Shown piece after piece: positions 20,359-30,590 of a stretch of DNA of 64,000 nt. The stretch's first letter is position 1; every line of letters begins with the position of its first letter. Made by a program: the position numbers and the translations under genes. The notes beneath the pieces are model-generated. The model made no database searches and was not told the DNA's origin. It worked only from the letters and a program-made list of their open reading frames with translations. Source of the DNA: Candidatus Latescibacterota bacterium (GTDB lineage Bacteria; Latescibacterota; UBA2968; GCA-2709665); contig OZ242358.1 of the NCBI GenBank assembly GCA_965208835.1, positions 3,360,001-3,424,000 of the forward strand, written 5' to 3'.

Positions 20359-21153
20359 TTAGTCTACGAAGTCATGGATCCTTTGATACACGCTCAACTT
20401 GGCCGGATCCAATTCTTGTCCATACTCCCGAAAAAATAACGAAACCCACTCGCCACCCAGATTTCTGCGAATGGTATTGTACGCGGCGACAAAGTCGAGA
20501 TATCGATCTCCTATCCCTGCATAGCCCCAATCAATGTAGCCACTCAGGTGGCCATTGAGGACTATGATGTTGGGAAGGCAAAAATCCCCGTGGGTGAACA
20601 CCACGTCTTCTGGCGGCAGGTCGGCCCGTATGCTTGCCAGTTCATCCCGCAGGACACTTCTAGTGCCGCCTTTGGGGATCTGACCATCCAGCACGCCTGA
20701 ATCAATCAGGTCTGTTGCCCACGCAAAATAGCGTTCAAAGCGCCAATCCAATGGGCACGAATCGACTGGAACGGCATGAATCTCGCGAAGTCCATGAGCG
20801 AACAGACGTATCAGACCAGGGATATCCGTCCTGGCCTCTTCGTGGACGCCAGAGACGCCAGCGATTCGCGTCATCAGCAGATACTGAGTATTGTCTTCCT
20901 CGTGAAAGCAGACCATGCCAGGCACACTCAGTTTGTCGTGCAACCACGACATGGCCGCTTTTTCGGCACGAAGATCAGATTCTTGTGGCGCAGCGAGCGC
21001 ATCTCTGATCTTGAGGATCAAACCCTGCTTGCCCGGGTGAGCAAATGCAAATACATCGGCGCACGATTCAGTCTTGAGATTGTCGCCAATTGAGACGAAG
21101 CCCTTCAGACGGGCTTGGACCGGGTCTGGTAGATCCTGGACTATCAACGTCAA
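20359..21153 (-). CDS. aminoglycoside 3'-phosphotransferase-like protein
   Basis: 264 aa; VFTHGDFCLPNII, YIDWGYAGIGDRYLD, CPLD. Confidence 0.82.
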   Translation of the reverse strand: MTLIVQDLPDPVQARLKGFVSIGDNLKTESCADVFAFAHPGKQGLILKIRDALAAPQESDLRAEKAAMSWLHDKLSVPGMVCFHEEDNTQYLLMTRIAGVSGVHEEARTDIPGLIRLFAHGLREIHAVPVDSCPLDWRFERYFAWATDLIDSGVLDGQIPKGGTRSVLRDELASIRADLPPEDVVFTHGDFCLPNIIVLNGHLSGYIDWGYAGIGDRYLDFVAAYNTIRRNLGGEWVSLFFREYGQELDPAKLSVYQRIHDFVD

Positions 21154-21185
21154 CCTGCGTTCGAGAATTGCCTAAATTGCATTTT

Positions 21186-21249
21186 ACATAACGTGGGAGT
21201 GCGGGGCCGGAGCGACCGAAGGATGCGAAGCTGCAACCCGTTGTTAACC
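21186..21249 (-). other. attC site whose R'' was hit by MITE A
   Basis: TTAAC-aacgggttgcagc ... gcactcccac-GTTATGT, upstream of the APH gene. Confidence 0.7.
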
Positions 21250-21436
21250 TCAATCCGAAAAAACAGCAACGCGGCGACGCGATAAAACCCTCCGAAACGG
21301 GGCAATATCGACGTATAGAATGACGTTTTTCCCTTCACATCCAGTGACCTGGTGTATCCTGGTAATCCGCGTTTTAATCGCCTTTATTTACAAGCACATA
21401 TTTGAATTTACGTCCCCGAAGACTTACGAATCAAGG
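21248..21436. mobile_element. MITE family A, copy 3
   Basis: TTAA duplication at 21244-21247 and 21437-21440. Confidence 0.88.
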
Positions 21437-21516
21437 TTAAGCGCAGGCGGCTCAGTAGAGGCGAAGCCACACATAGGCGACCCCAGAACGCACGGTTACC
21501 CGATTCAGCTTCTCGT

Positions 21517-22329
21517 TCAGGTTGGCTTCCTGCCCATGTAAAGGATGTGGCCCGCGCCATCCACCACGGAGGCGTCCGAGGCAGTCTCTATCACGAGGCT
21601 GAGCCATCGATCCCAGGCTTCTTTGTTTTGGGCAAGCGCGTTCGTTTCTTCCTCATATCCTGTGGAAAGGCCTTCGCATCCTGCCATCTCCACGGTTTCC
21701 AAACCGGCGGCTTCGGCAAGCTCACGGATTTCGTCCGAGCGGAAGAAATGGACAGGCACGCCATTTACCGGTGCGTTTCCGGTCCTCAACAGATCAGTGA
21801 ACAAAGGCCTACCGAGATCATCTTGAAAATGCCTCAGAAGGTGACGCAGGACGGCCAGATAGCCGCGAACTGAAACGCAAACCAATCCTCCTGGAGTAGC
21901 GGCATTCATCAGCTCTGTCAGTCCCTTCGCCCTTTCAGCAGGCTCATCCAGGTTTGAGAGCGGGTCAAGACACAGGACAGCATCGAATGAGTCGCTATCA
22001 ATTGCAGACAGATCCCTGACGTCGCCAACGACTGTGTCCAACAGTCTTTCTCTGACCTCCGCAGGTTCCGCCCGAATTTTCTCTACGGCGAGATCCAGAC
22101 ATCCCCTTGAGACATCCAGTAAGACGACCTGATACCCCCTTCGACACAGCTCTACGGTATAGCGTCCCGGACCTCCTCCCACATCCAGCACTCTGCCTTT
22201 CCCTGGGAGATGCCTGGCAAGCCGATCCATCGTGACGCTGAACTCCAGGCTCTGGTACGGGGCCTTCTCAAGGCGCTTCCATTCGCGTTCCGGGTTCTCG
22301 TCATAGATACTGGCTACTGATCTCATCAT
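21517..22329 (-). CDS. class I SAM-dependent methyltransferase
   Basis: VLDVGGGPGRY, GDVRDLS, REWKRL. Confidence 0.9.
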   Translation of the reverse strand: MMRSVASIYDENPEREWKRLEKAPYQSLEFSVTMDRLARHLPGKGRVLDVGGGPGRYTVELCRRGYQVVLLDVSRGCLDLAVEKIRAEPAEVRERLLDTVVGDVRDLSAIDSDSFDAVLCLDPLSNLDEPAERAKGLTELMNAATPGGLVCVSVRGYLAVLRHLLRHFQDDLGRPLFTDLLRTGNAPVNGVPVHFFRSDEIRELAEAAGLETVEMAGCEGLSTGYEEETNALAQNKEAWDRWLSLVIETASDASVVDGAGHILYMGRKPT

Positions 22330-22407
22330 TGATCCGTAAAAATCAGGTGAACCGAGTGACCGAGTGGTTTCAGTGTCGCTTGCGCACTCGCCAACTTCCT
22401 ATCCGTT

Positions 22408-23382
22408 TCATTCCTCCCACGGCAGGAAACAGACTTTGACGGCCTGAAGGTTCTCCAGCAGGTCTATGCCTTCAGCGTAACGTTCGAGCGGCAGCTTGTG
22501 TGTGACCAGCGCGGCCAGGTCGAGCTTGCCGCGGAGAATGAGGTCGAGCGCATATTCGGCCGATTCGCGCGAGTGGCCCTTGTATCCGCACAGCCGCAGC
22601 CCGCGGTAATGCCGCGGGCTGAACGTGTAGTCTTCGCGCTGCACGCCGAACAGGGCCAGGACATCCTGAGTCCGGTCCATGAGAAACTCCACCGACGCCC
22701 TGGCGCCGACACAGTCCACGGCCGACTCGAGTTTTGGCCATTCCGGCCGCGCCGGGAATTTGCCCGACAAGTCGGCCCGCGGGTCGTAGCAACCGGCCGC
22801 GCCGAGACGCTCGGCCATGGCGCGGCGGTCGGATACGAAGTCGAACCCGTACACTTCACCGGCGCCCTCGGCTCTGGCCATCTGTAACGCCACCAGCCCC
22901 GCCGGACCCAGGCCGCAGACGCCGAAACAACGGCCCAGGATTGCGTCCATATCGCGCAGCATCCGGAAGCAGGCGCCTACGCACATAGCCAGCTCGAGTG
23001 GCGCCAGCGCCTCGTCGGGCAATTCTCCGGGGACGCGTATGACTCTTGCCGCGTCAATCGCGATGTATTGCGCGTAGCAACCCTGATGCCCCTCGCCGCT
23101 ATCGCGCCAGGCGCACACGCGGTCGCCTGCCTTCAAACCAGCCACACCTTCGCCAACAGCCTCGATGCGGCCGACGGCTTCGTGGCCGGGCCTGCCCGGC
23201 GTGAAGGGGTAGTGGAATGCATGGCCGACAAACATCGGTTCGTTGTGACGCAGGTGCAGGTCCCACTGCGGGCAAGTCGTGACCGCAGTGATACGAATCA
23301 GCACCTCGTCCGGACCGGGCTCGGGAACGGGGACATCGAGAATCTCGAACTCGCGCGGCGATGTGACCTGCAGGATCTTCAT
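22408..23382 (-). CDS. Zn-dependent medium-chain alcohol dehydrogenase
   Basis: GHE motif, GLGPAG Rossmann fold, LVTHKLPL. Confidence 0.88.
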   Translation of the reverse strand: MKILQVTSPREFEILDVPVPEPGPDEVLIRITAVTTCPQWDLHLRHNEPMFVGHAFHYPFTPGRPGHEAVGRIEAVGEGVAGLKAGDRVCAWRDSGEGHQGCYAQYIAIDAARVIRVPGELPDEALAPLELAMCVGACFRMLRDMDAILGRCFGVCGLGPAGLVALQMARAEGAGEVYGFDFVSDRRAMAERLGAAGCYDPRADLSGKFPARPEWPKLESAVDCVGARASVEFLMDRTQDVLALFGVQREDYTFSPRHYRGLRLCGYKGHSRESAEYALDLILRGKLDLAALVTHKLPLERYAEGIDLLENLQAVKVCFLPWEE

Positions 23383-23434
23383 TGTCCGCGCTCCCGGCAT
23401 GCCCATGAAGGTGCAGAAGCCTTCATCATTCCGC

Positions 23435-24382
23435 CTATCTTACGTGACCCTGAATTCGTCCGAAAAGTTCGCGCAGCTTCTCCACCCGCGGTGTATCGAG
23501 GTGCGGCGGGTCAACCACCGGCAGGTTCTCGCGAAACCGTTCCGGCCTGCGCGTCCCGACACAGCAAGTGCTCACGTCCTGCGCGAGCACGAAACGTAAC
23601 GCCGCCGCGGGCACACTGTAAGGCTTCAGGAAATCAAACAGGTCCGGATCCGTGTACGGCGGCTGGGACGGCAGATAGCCGGCCGCGACATGCCGCCGCA
23701 CGCACTCCAGCGCCGCCGGCACACTGACCAGACCGGACTCCCGGCTCGCCTGGTTCAGCGGCATCATCACCGCCGTGCCGACGTCGTGCCGGGCACACAG
23801 CGGCAGTACCGATTCCACCGCGTTTTGCAGCAGAAAATTGATCGTGAGCATGACCACGTCCAGGGCGCCGGTGGGAACCGCGCGCTTCAGGATCTCGTGT
23901 GTTCCGTCAACCGTGGAGAGCTCGCTGATACCGATGAAACGGACCTTGCCCTGCTCACGAAGCCTGGACATGGCCTCGTAGCAGCCATCGTTCATAAAAC
24001 GGTCCAGAGATTCGAGCGTGCGTATGCCGTGGCCGAGAAAAATATCGAGACGATCACGGCGCAAGCGGCGCAGGCTCTCCTCGGCAGAGGAGGTCAATGC
24101 CGCCGCTGAACCCGTGTATGCCGCATCGCCGCCCCAGCCATCGTAAGGCTGATACTTGGTCTCCACAATGATATGGTCGTGGCCCCGCAACGCTTCGCCC
24201 AAGGCGCTCTCGCTGTCACCGTTGCCGTAGCCGGCGGCGGTGTCGACGAAGTTGACGCCGCTCTCGATTGCTGCGTGTACTGTGGCAATGAACTTCGCCC
24301 GGTCCTGCGACGCGCCCCACGCTGCACCGTAACTGAGTTCCGAGACCTGCAGTTCTGTTCTTCCCAGACGGCGATACCGCAT
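23435..24382 (-). CDS. aldo/keto reductase
   Basis: MRYRRLGRT, DTAAGYG, SLRRLRRDRLD, GKVRFIGIS. Confidence 0.9.
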   Translation of the reverse strand: MRYRRLGRTELQVSELSYGAAWGASQDRAKFIATVHAAIESGVNFVDTAAGYGNGDSESALGEALRGHDHIIVETKYQPYDGWGGDAAYTGSAAALTSSAEESLRRLRRDRLDIFLGHGIRTLESLDRFMNDGCYEAMSRLREQGKVRFIGISELSTVDGTHEILKRAVPTGALDVVMLTINFLLQNAVESVLPLCARHDVGTAVMMPLNQASRESGLVSVPAALECVRRHVAAGYLPSQPPYTDPDLFDFLKPYSVPAAALRFVLAQDVSTCCVGTRRPERFRENLPVVDPPHLDTPRVEKLRELFGRIQGHVR

Positions 24383-24447
24383 GATCAGTTCCTTTGTTCC
24401 GCTTCTGGTTGGCGGGATCGGGGTCGCCGCAGCCAGGTCCCCCGGCC

Positions 24448-25431
24448 TCATTCCCGTTCGAATTGACCCGAACGAACCATCGCATGGATCAGGTTCAGGA
24501 TCAGCCGGCCGGCCGTATGTCCGCCCAGGCCGTGCAGATCGTGTTGCGGAACGAACTCAACCATGTCCATTCCCACCACGCGCCCCTTCTGCGGCAGGCC
24601 GCGGAGCAGGTCCGCTGCCTCGGCAAATGTCAGACCACCCGGCTCCGGGTGGCTCACCGCTGGACTGATGGACGGGTCCAGCCCATCAAAATCCAGCGTA
24701 ATAAAATAGTTCGCGTCGTCCGGAATCCGCTCCAGCACCGCCGCAATCCCCTGCTCGTGCACCTCCCGCTCGGAAATCAGCACATTGCCTGTTGCCAGCG
24801 CATCCTCTACGTCGTCAATGCGGCCGCTACCCGTCCCGCGCAGCCCCACCTGGACAATCTTCGCTACCCAATCCATCTCCGAAACCCGTCGCATCGGACT
24901 GCTGTACCCTTCCCGCACCCCGTCCACCTCGTCTCTGAAGTCCAGATGCTGGTCAATCTGTACGACAACAATCGGCCCGAACTCGCGGTACGCCCGAATC
25001 ACGGGAATGGGAACCGCGTCGTCTCCGCCAAACACAATCGGCACCGCGCCCCGGGAGAGGATCGTCTGTACCGCCTCCGTGGCCCGATCCACTGCGCCCT
25101 TCAGATCCATCGGATCGCCCGGTACATCGCCGCAGTCCACAATCCGGATCGCCCGACCGTCCAGCAGTGGTCCGCCAAAATCGAAACTGTAAAACGGCCC
25201 CATTGCATTGCGGTACCGCAACGACTTCTCGCGCAAATATCCGGGCGCGTCGAATGTCCACGACTGTCCCATCTCGTACGGAATGCCGTAAGGCACACCC
25301 AGAATCGCAATCTCCGCCTCCAGCGCCGACACATTCGTCTCCACCGGCGCCTGGATAAAGGAGATGAACCCGCCGCTCGCCGGTTTCCCGAGGGTCCGGT
25401 ACGACGGAATCGCGGTCAAAGGCAACGCCAT
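24448..25431 (-). CDS. agmatinase/arginase-family ureohydrolase
   Basis: DCGD, GGDD, DQHLD, DFDGLDP, EPGGLT. Confidence 0.9.
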   Translation of the reverse strand: MALPLTAIPSYRTLGKPASGGFISFIQAPVETNVSALEAEIAILGVPYGIPYEMGQSWTFDAPGYLREKSLRYRNAMGPFYSFDFGGPLLDGRAIRIVDCGDVPGDPMDLKGAVDRATEAVQTILSRGAVPIVFGGDDAVPIPVIRAYREFGPIVVVQIDQHLDFRDEVDGVREGYSSPMRRVSEMDWVAKIVQVGLRGTGSGRIDDVEDALATGNVLISEREVHEQGIAAVLERIPDDANYFITLDFDGLDPSISPAVSHPEPGGLTFAEAADLLRGLPQKGRVVGMDMVEFVPQHDLHGLGGHTAGRLILNLIHAMVRSGQFERE

Positions 25432-25641
25432 CGCGTTATCCTCCTGAACATAAGGTATAGTTTCAAGTAGCCATGCATGCGTTTTCTGATATTTCAGCTA
25501 AATAACGTATTAGCCTGGAAAATCGATAAGTCGTAGCTTATATGGGTCTGTGCCTCCCCCTTTCGTGAAGCAACGAACGTGCAGAGATTCCGCGTAAGCC
25601 TTCAGATTTTCCCCCGATGTCTCGATCTATTGAGCAATCAT

Positions 25642-25832
25642 CCTCAATCCGAAAAAAACAGCAACGCGGCGACGCGATAAAACCCTCCGGAACGGGGTGT
25701 TATGGACGTATAGAAGGACGTTTCTTCCCTACACGTCCAGTGACCTGGTGTATCCTGGTAATCCGCCGTCTAATCACCTTTATTTACAAGCATATATTCG
25801 TATTTTCGTCCCCGAAGGCATACGAATCAAGG
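25642..25832. mobile_element. MITE family A, copy 4
   Basis: Same ends and body as other copies; tandem with copy 5 across a shared TTAG. Confidence 0.85.
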
Positions 25833-25836
25833 TTAG

Positions 25837-26025
25837 CCGCAATTCCGCAAAAGCCGCAACGCGGCACCGCGACAAAACCCTTCGAAACAGGCCGAAATCG
25901 TCGTCATAAAGGACATTTTTTAATTCACGTACAGTGTCCTGGTGTATCCCGGTAATCAGTAGTCTAATCGCCTTTTTAACCGACACATATTCGAATTAAC
26001 GTCCTCGAAAAATGAGGAATCAAGG
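25837..26025. mobile_element. MITE family A, copy 5 (diverged)
   Basis: TTAG flanks; right flank contains the methyltransferase stop codon. Confidence 0.8.
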
Positions 26026-26709
26026 TTAGGCTTTGGTTGCAACGATCGCCAGCAGAGATGGGAGCGCGTCACCATCCAATTCGGCAACTGATTCGAGCCG
26101 CAAGTCAGCAGCGAGCAATTTGTTGAAGAGTTCGGCAAGAGGAACGTGCCGGACACCCACCTTCGACCGAATGCCCTCACCCAATCCAGGACCTTCGAAA
26201 ACTCGTGCTGTTTCCCGGTAACCCGGATGGATCCTGGCAATTCCCGTGTCTCTCTCGATGGTCGCAAATGGTCCCAGAAAACAGGGATGTGTGCCCAGGA
26301 TAACGAAACGCCCGTGACGATCCAGGACGCGGTGTGCTTCCGAGAAGAATGGCCCTACATCATCGAAATCAGTAAGTGTCAATACCGACACGACGCGTCG
26401 AAACGTGGCTGACGAGAAAGGCAGACTAAACGCATTGGCTTGGACAATCCTCGGAGAGCGATCACTTGCCAGTCGAAGCTGGTCCGCTGAAAGGTCGACT
26501 CCGATTACGGACCAGCCAAGCGATTGCAGTAGCTGGAGATGCACACCTGTTCCGCAACCAATGTCCACACAGAGTCCGGAGCCGGGTCCAACCAAACGCG
26601 ATAGATGAGCCGGGATGTTCTCGTAGAAAGGCATCTTGAGATATTCATCGTACCACGTCGCCCAGCCGTCGTATCGGGCACCATCTTGGTTGGAATTCAA
26701 GGAAGGCAT
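26026..26709 (-). CDS. class I SAM-dependent methyltransferase
   Basis: VDIGCGTG, GVDLSADQL, THPCF. Confidence 0.9.
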   Translation of the reverse strand: MPSLNSNQDGARYDGWATWYDEYLKMPFYENIPAHLSRLVGPGSGLCVDIGCGTGVHLQLLQSLGWSVIGVDLSADQLRLASDRSPRIVQANAFSLPFSSATFRRVVSVLTLTDFDDVGPFFSEAHRVLDRHGRFVILGTHPCFLGPFATIERDTGIARIHPGYRETARVFEGPGLGEGIRSKVGVRHVPLAELFNKLLAADLRLESVAELDGDALPSLLAIVATKA

Positions 26710-26768
26710 AGTCTCCTGCTGATTCTGGAAGGCTTCCGGTGTTTCGCACCCTTCTGAAAGCTTCTATC

Positions 26769-26886
26769 CCGTAACTACGGTATTACCGAACAGTTACGGC
26801 AATGGGTTCCCGATCCGAAGATCTGCGAACGTTAGGGAACACTCCACGATGAAGCTTGCAGCCCGAGCATGTTCATGAATGCTTCC
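26769..26886 (-). repeat. 118-bp attI-like repeat C, copy 1
   Basis: Near-identical to 28257-28374 and 33476-33593; ends TAAT-N6-GTT on the minus strand. Confidence 0.8.
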
Positions 26887-26904
26887 TGCAGTCCCAGCAA
26901 TGCC

Positions 26905-27010
26905 GCCTAACGGTTCTTGGCTTTACGACCTGGGCCAGTCCCAAAGGCCCATGGGCCCGAAGGGCCGAGCGGCAGATGCCCCGAGACGTAAAGCCAGTGT
27001 CGTGTTAGCC
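26905..27010 (-). other. attC site
   Basis: GGCTAAC ... GTTAGGC with perfect arms tggctttacg / cgtaaagcca. Confidence 0.8.
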
Positions 27011-27089
27011 GTCGTTTTTAATTCGTATCCGTCTATTGTCGGGGCCTTGTGTATCGTAATGTAGCCGCTAAATCATTCAGACAAACTTC

Positions 27090-28010
27090 TCACTCACCAA
27101 AGAACGGGTACGGTTCGCCGGCTTCCACCAGCCTTTGTACCAGACTCGAGTACTTCAACACCTCCGTCAGCCGGGCACGCCAATGCGGTGCGTAGAAGGC
27201 AACGAATTCCTGGAAGAACGCTCGCGCATCCTCACTGACGCCATCGAAGTATTGCGGCAGCAAAAACCAAGGCTGGTCACTGGCGTAGTTCAGCCCCCGC
27301 TGGCGCATCGTGAACTCTGCCGCGGCCCGTTTCTTTACCGAGATCATCAACGAGCGCCTGAGCTTGTCGGTGTGATAGCGGCCCCGATGAATGCACAACT
27401 GGGTAAACAGCACCGCGTCACCGGGTTCCTGGTGGAGACGAACGGCGCCTGGCATATCGTTCGAGCGGTTGTGGATCCCATCATCGGCGACGCAGATCGC
27501 GTGCTCTTCGGGGGAGTAGTCACGAAGGTGAGACCCCGGCACCACTTCGAGATCGTCCGTAGGGACCAATGCGATTTGCATCTGCAACCCTGCTCCGGTC
27601 TCCGGTATCCGGGATACGTCTGCTTCTGCACCGATCTTGTCCTTGTGCCAAAATCCGTCCTGGCTTTCTCCGGTCGGATTAAAGTAGAGACTGCTCAAGG
27701 CGAAGAGGAATTCTTCATCCAGGGCTGCGCTAAGCGATTCGACAACTTGGGGCGACCCCATGGCATTGAGCAGAAAGGCAAGATCGTCGGGGTGATCGCG
27801 GTGATATTCCGGGTCGTTCAGGTGCCTCATGTAATTGGCCTGGGGCCCCACCGGTGGATTGTCACAGCGAGGAGCGCGCCGCCACTGTTCCAGCACTCGC
27901 TCACAGATCTCGCGCAGCCTTTCTGTCGTCGCTGCGTCGAACAAACCGCGCACCACGGCGTAAGAGTGTTGGCGTAGCTGCCCAGGGCACGGTTCAGTAG
28001 AAATGTCCAT
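27090..28010 (-). CDS. PhyH-family Fe(II)/2-oxoglutarate dioxygenase
   Basis: WHKD, LEVVPGSH, PGDAVLF, HRG, RRSL. Confidence 0.88.
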   Translation of the reverse strand: MDISTEPCPGQLRQHSYAVVRGLFDAATTERLREICERVLEQWRRAPRCDNPPVGPQANYMRHLNDPEYHRDHPDDLAFLLNAMGSPQVVESLSAALDEEFLFALSSLYFNPTGESQDGFWHKDKIGAEADVSRIPETGAGLQMQIALVPTDDLEVVPGSHLRDYSPEEHAICVADDGIHNRSNDMPGAVRLHQEPGDAVLFTQLCIHRGRYHTDKLRRSLMISVKKRAAAEFTMRQRGLNYASDQPWFLLPQYFDGVSEDARAFFQEFVAFYAPHWRARLTEVLKYSSLVQRLVEAGEPYPFFGE

Positions 28011-28083
28011 TATATCCTCTTGTGTTGCTGTAAGAATTGCGTCGTAATTGGACATTAAAAGTACGGACAGGCTGTCTCGTACT

Positions 28084-28196
28084 GTCTAACCCTGATTCCT
28101 CAGAAATATACGGTCCAGATCATAGCTAAGTCGGGTGAAAACAGATATTTCTACTATCAAAATGCCCGTGTTCTTGCGTATATTTCCAGGTTAACG
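28084..28196 (-). other. degenerate attC-like hairpin
   Basis: R' GTTAGAC upstream of PhyH; arms gaaatatacg / cgtatatttc. Confidence 0.4.
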
Positions 28197-28256
28197 TAGC
28201 TCAGATATGCTAAATCAAGGCTAACTACGTATGGAAATCTATGCTCTATTAATTGC

Positions 28257-28374
28257 GGCCAACTACGGTATTACCGAACAGTTACGGAAATGGGTACCTG
28301 ATCCGAAGATCTGCGAACGATCGGGAACATTCCACACTGAAGCTTGTAGCCCGAGCATGTTCAGGAATGCTTCC
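28257..28374 (-). repeat. 118-bp attI-like repeat C, copy 2
   Basis: Direct sequence match to copies 1 and 3; ends GTTGGCC. Confidence 0.8.
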
Positions 28375-28594
28375 CATTCTATATCATCCGAACAAGCAGC
28401 GATGTTCCTGACTCTTGTAGACTGTGGATTATCCGCTTCAAAATTGAAACTTCCGTACTCATTTCCGAAATATCTGACATCTCTGGCGCTGTAAATTCGA
28501 CTACAAACTGTCGTCCCTAAGCCTCAATAGACAGTATTCTTAGAGTGGCCGAAACACAAAGCACCCACAATCGGAACTCTGTCTTCCTTCGGAA

Positions 28595-29551
28595 CTAACC
28601 AGATACGACTCGATAGGTCGAGTCGAAATGACTGCTGCATCTTCCGTGTTTCAATGACTGTTCAAAGATTCTATGAAACGCTCCTCGAATACATCTTGAC
28701 CGCTCGTTTTCCGTTTCAGCGTTGCCCCACCTGAACTCAATGGATATGCTTGGATCCAAATTGGCTTTGTACCTATGAATTGCGTCAACAGTATTCTCAT
28801 GACCATTCTCCTGGACGTATTTCAAACAACCGTGGAAATCCAGGACATCGCGCATTCCTGAGCCTCCAGGTTCTTGATTGAGTTCTACCAGTGTTTGCGC
28901 GGAAACGCTGCCTCTCGTGGCTCCGGTATCGTTGTTTATGAAGTCAGCGAATTCCTCCAATTTTTGAGATGACCAACCTCTTGAAAAATGTGGCACACTG
29001 ATGATTTCATGACAATTGCCCTGTATTGCGACCGTTTCTATCGCAAAATTACCGAACTCTTGAACTTCACGAGAAAAGTAATCCGCAGAATCCTTCCCGT
29101 GGGTAATGATTAAAGTGGGCTTGATTTCAGTCAGAAGGAAATGGAAGACTTCCGTAACCTTTTCTTCGATCTGAAGGTCGGTGTAATGTTCGGTGGGTAC
29201 CGAGTAGATATTCGTCTCCAATATTACATAATCTCCGACTAAATCAGCAAGTTTGTTCAAATTGCGTCGAGTAGCACCAACACTGAGACGTCTCTTTTTC
29301 CCTGGTCTTGGCGGTCGATTCTTTCTTTCATTCCTGTAAGCTTCAAACCAGGAGACTTTGTCAAATCCTGAACAGTCACTCCAATACCTCCAGAAGCCGT
29401 TCTCCATCACGGTGGCTGGATTTAGACCTACAACGAAAATCTTGCAATCGTAGGGTGAGCCCTGACACACAAAGGGTCTACAATTCTCAGGTAGAATCGC
29501 GCTAAGCTTTCTCCGAAATTCAGCATGCTTAGTCATTTGAGATGCCGCCAC
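28595..29551 (-). CDS. uracil-DNA glycosylase-superfamily protein with C-terminal extension
   Basis: IFVVGLNPA, TNIY, IKPTLIITHG and PHFS resemble UDG motifs; AT-rich. Confidence 0.6.
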   Translation of the reverse strand: MAASQMTKHAEFRRKLSAILPENCRPFVCQGSPYDCKIFVVGLNPATVMENGFWRYWSDCSGFDKVSWFEAYRNERKNRPPRPGKKRRLSVGATRRNLNKLADLVGDYVILETNIYSVPTEHYTDLQIEEKVTEVFHFLLTEIKPTLIITHGKDSADYFSREVQEFGNFAIETVAIQGNCHEIISVPHFSRGWSSQKLEEFADFINNDTGATRGSVSAQTLVELNQEPGGSGMRDVLDFHGCLKYVQENGHENTVDAIHRYKANLDPSISIEFRWGNAETENERSRCIRGAFHRIFEQSLKHGRCSSHFDSTYRVVSG

Positions 29552-29648
29552 CTATTTCCTCGCATTTTGATTTGCCAGTTCCGTCCCTCACGCGAATGTA
29601 AGGCGACAAGCTCAGGATAAACTCCGCGACGCAGCGCAAGTGGGCGCG

Positions 29649-30557
29649 TTACCCGCCGTTTCTCTCAAGCTTGCTTGCAAGAGCTTCAAGCTCATTACTG
29701 GCATCGTACAGCGAATGTGGGTGGCCAGATCGTTTTCCCGTGATGAGCTTACTTTTCAAGAGCCTTGAGTGCAAATCATCACAGATGAAATCCACGAGGG
29801 CCTCCTGTTCCCTCCTGCTCTTACTCTTGGTAAGCTCCTCCAGTGCTTCTACAACCTCTCCAGTATCTGGCAACTTTCTAAATTCCGCTGACAGCCACTT
29901 CCAATAAGGAGCATAGTCTTTCGAGAGTAGCAAATACACCGTCATTGTCCGTTCAATTAAGTTGCCCAGGCACGCCGCAATAGCGATTGGGTCCTTTCGC
30001 TTCGCCGTTCTAGAGAAGTTGTACTGTCCATGGTGCCACACTTGGAACGTCTCATCCCTTATCCGGTTGACCCATGCGTCCGTCGGGTAGTACCAGAATG
30101 CCTTCCTGCGAGCTGAAAACTCCCCGAGCGGATCGTGAAAGATCGTCATGTGCCGTAGCATGTATAGATGAACTGCCTTTGTTCGTTTTAGCCATTCCTT
30201 GCCTGACTTTGGCGGCGTGGCGCATCCAATCTCCCGAGAGAACCACCGGTTTATCGAGTCCACAGAGTAGACGTTCGGCGCCGGATGCCAGCGCACACCA
30301 AGCCAGGTTCTGGGAGCATCTGCTTGAATCGAGCGTCGAAGCTTCCTGCCAAAACGTCGCATATCCTCCCCAGTCAGAACAATCTCGAAGCCCGGTCCCC
30401 ACTCGTGGTCTCGAGAAAGCTCGTCATCGTTTCCGAGACTTTGGGAGCGTCCAAACATGAATGCGGCGACGCGTTCGGAGAGCTGCGGAAACTCCGACCG
30501 TAGGTAGGGAAGGCCCCATTGGTTGAAGTACCGGTGAGCAATCTGTAGACCGTTCAA
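29649..30557 (-). CDS. DUF4037-family (nucleotidyltransferase-like) protein
   Basis: GNDDELSRDHEWGPGF, FHDPLGEF, YAPYWKW; stop inside GGGTAAC; TTG start after GGAG. Confidence 0.75.
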   Translation of the reverse strand: MNGLQIAHRYFNQWGLPYLRSEFPQLSERVAAFMFGRSQSLGNDDELSRDHEWGPGFEIVLTGEDMRRFGRKLRRSIQADAPRTWLGVRWHPAPNVYSVDSINRWFSREIGCATPPKSGKEWLKRTKAVHLYMLRHMTIFHDPLGEFSARRKAFWYYPTDAWVNRIRDETFQVWHHGQYNFSRTAKRKDPIAIAACLGNLIERTMTVYLLLSKDYAPYWKWLSAEFRKLPDTGEVVEALEELTKSKSRREQEALVDFICDDLHSRLLKSKLITGKRSGHPHSLYDASNELEALASKLERNGG

Positions 30558-30590
30558 AGCAAGACTCCGGCTATCCTTAGGAGAAATGGC

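Noticed and set aside
10088-26000. Recurrent short ORFs containing VTWCILVIRRLIAF or its reverse
   Set aside because: They are translations of MITE A with inconsistent starts, stops and frames.
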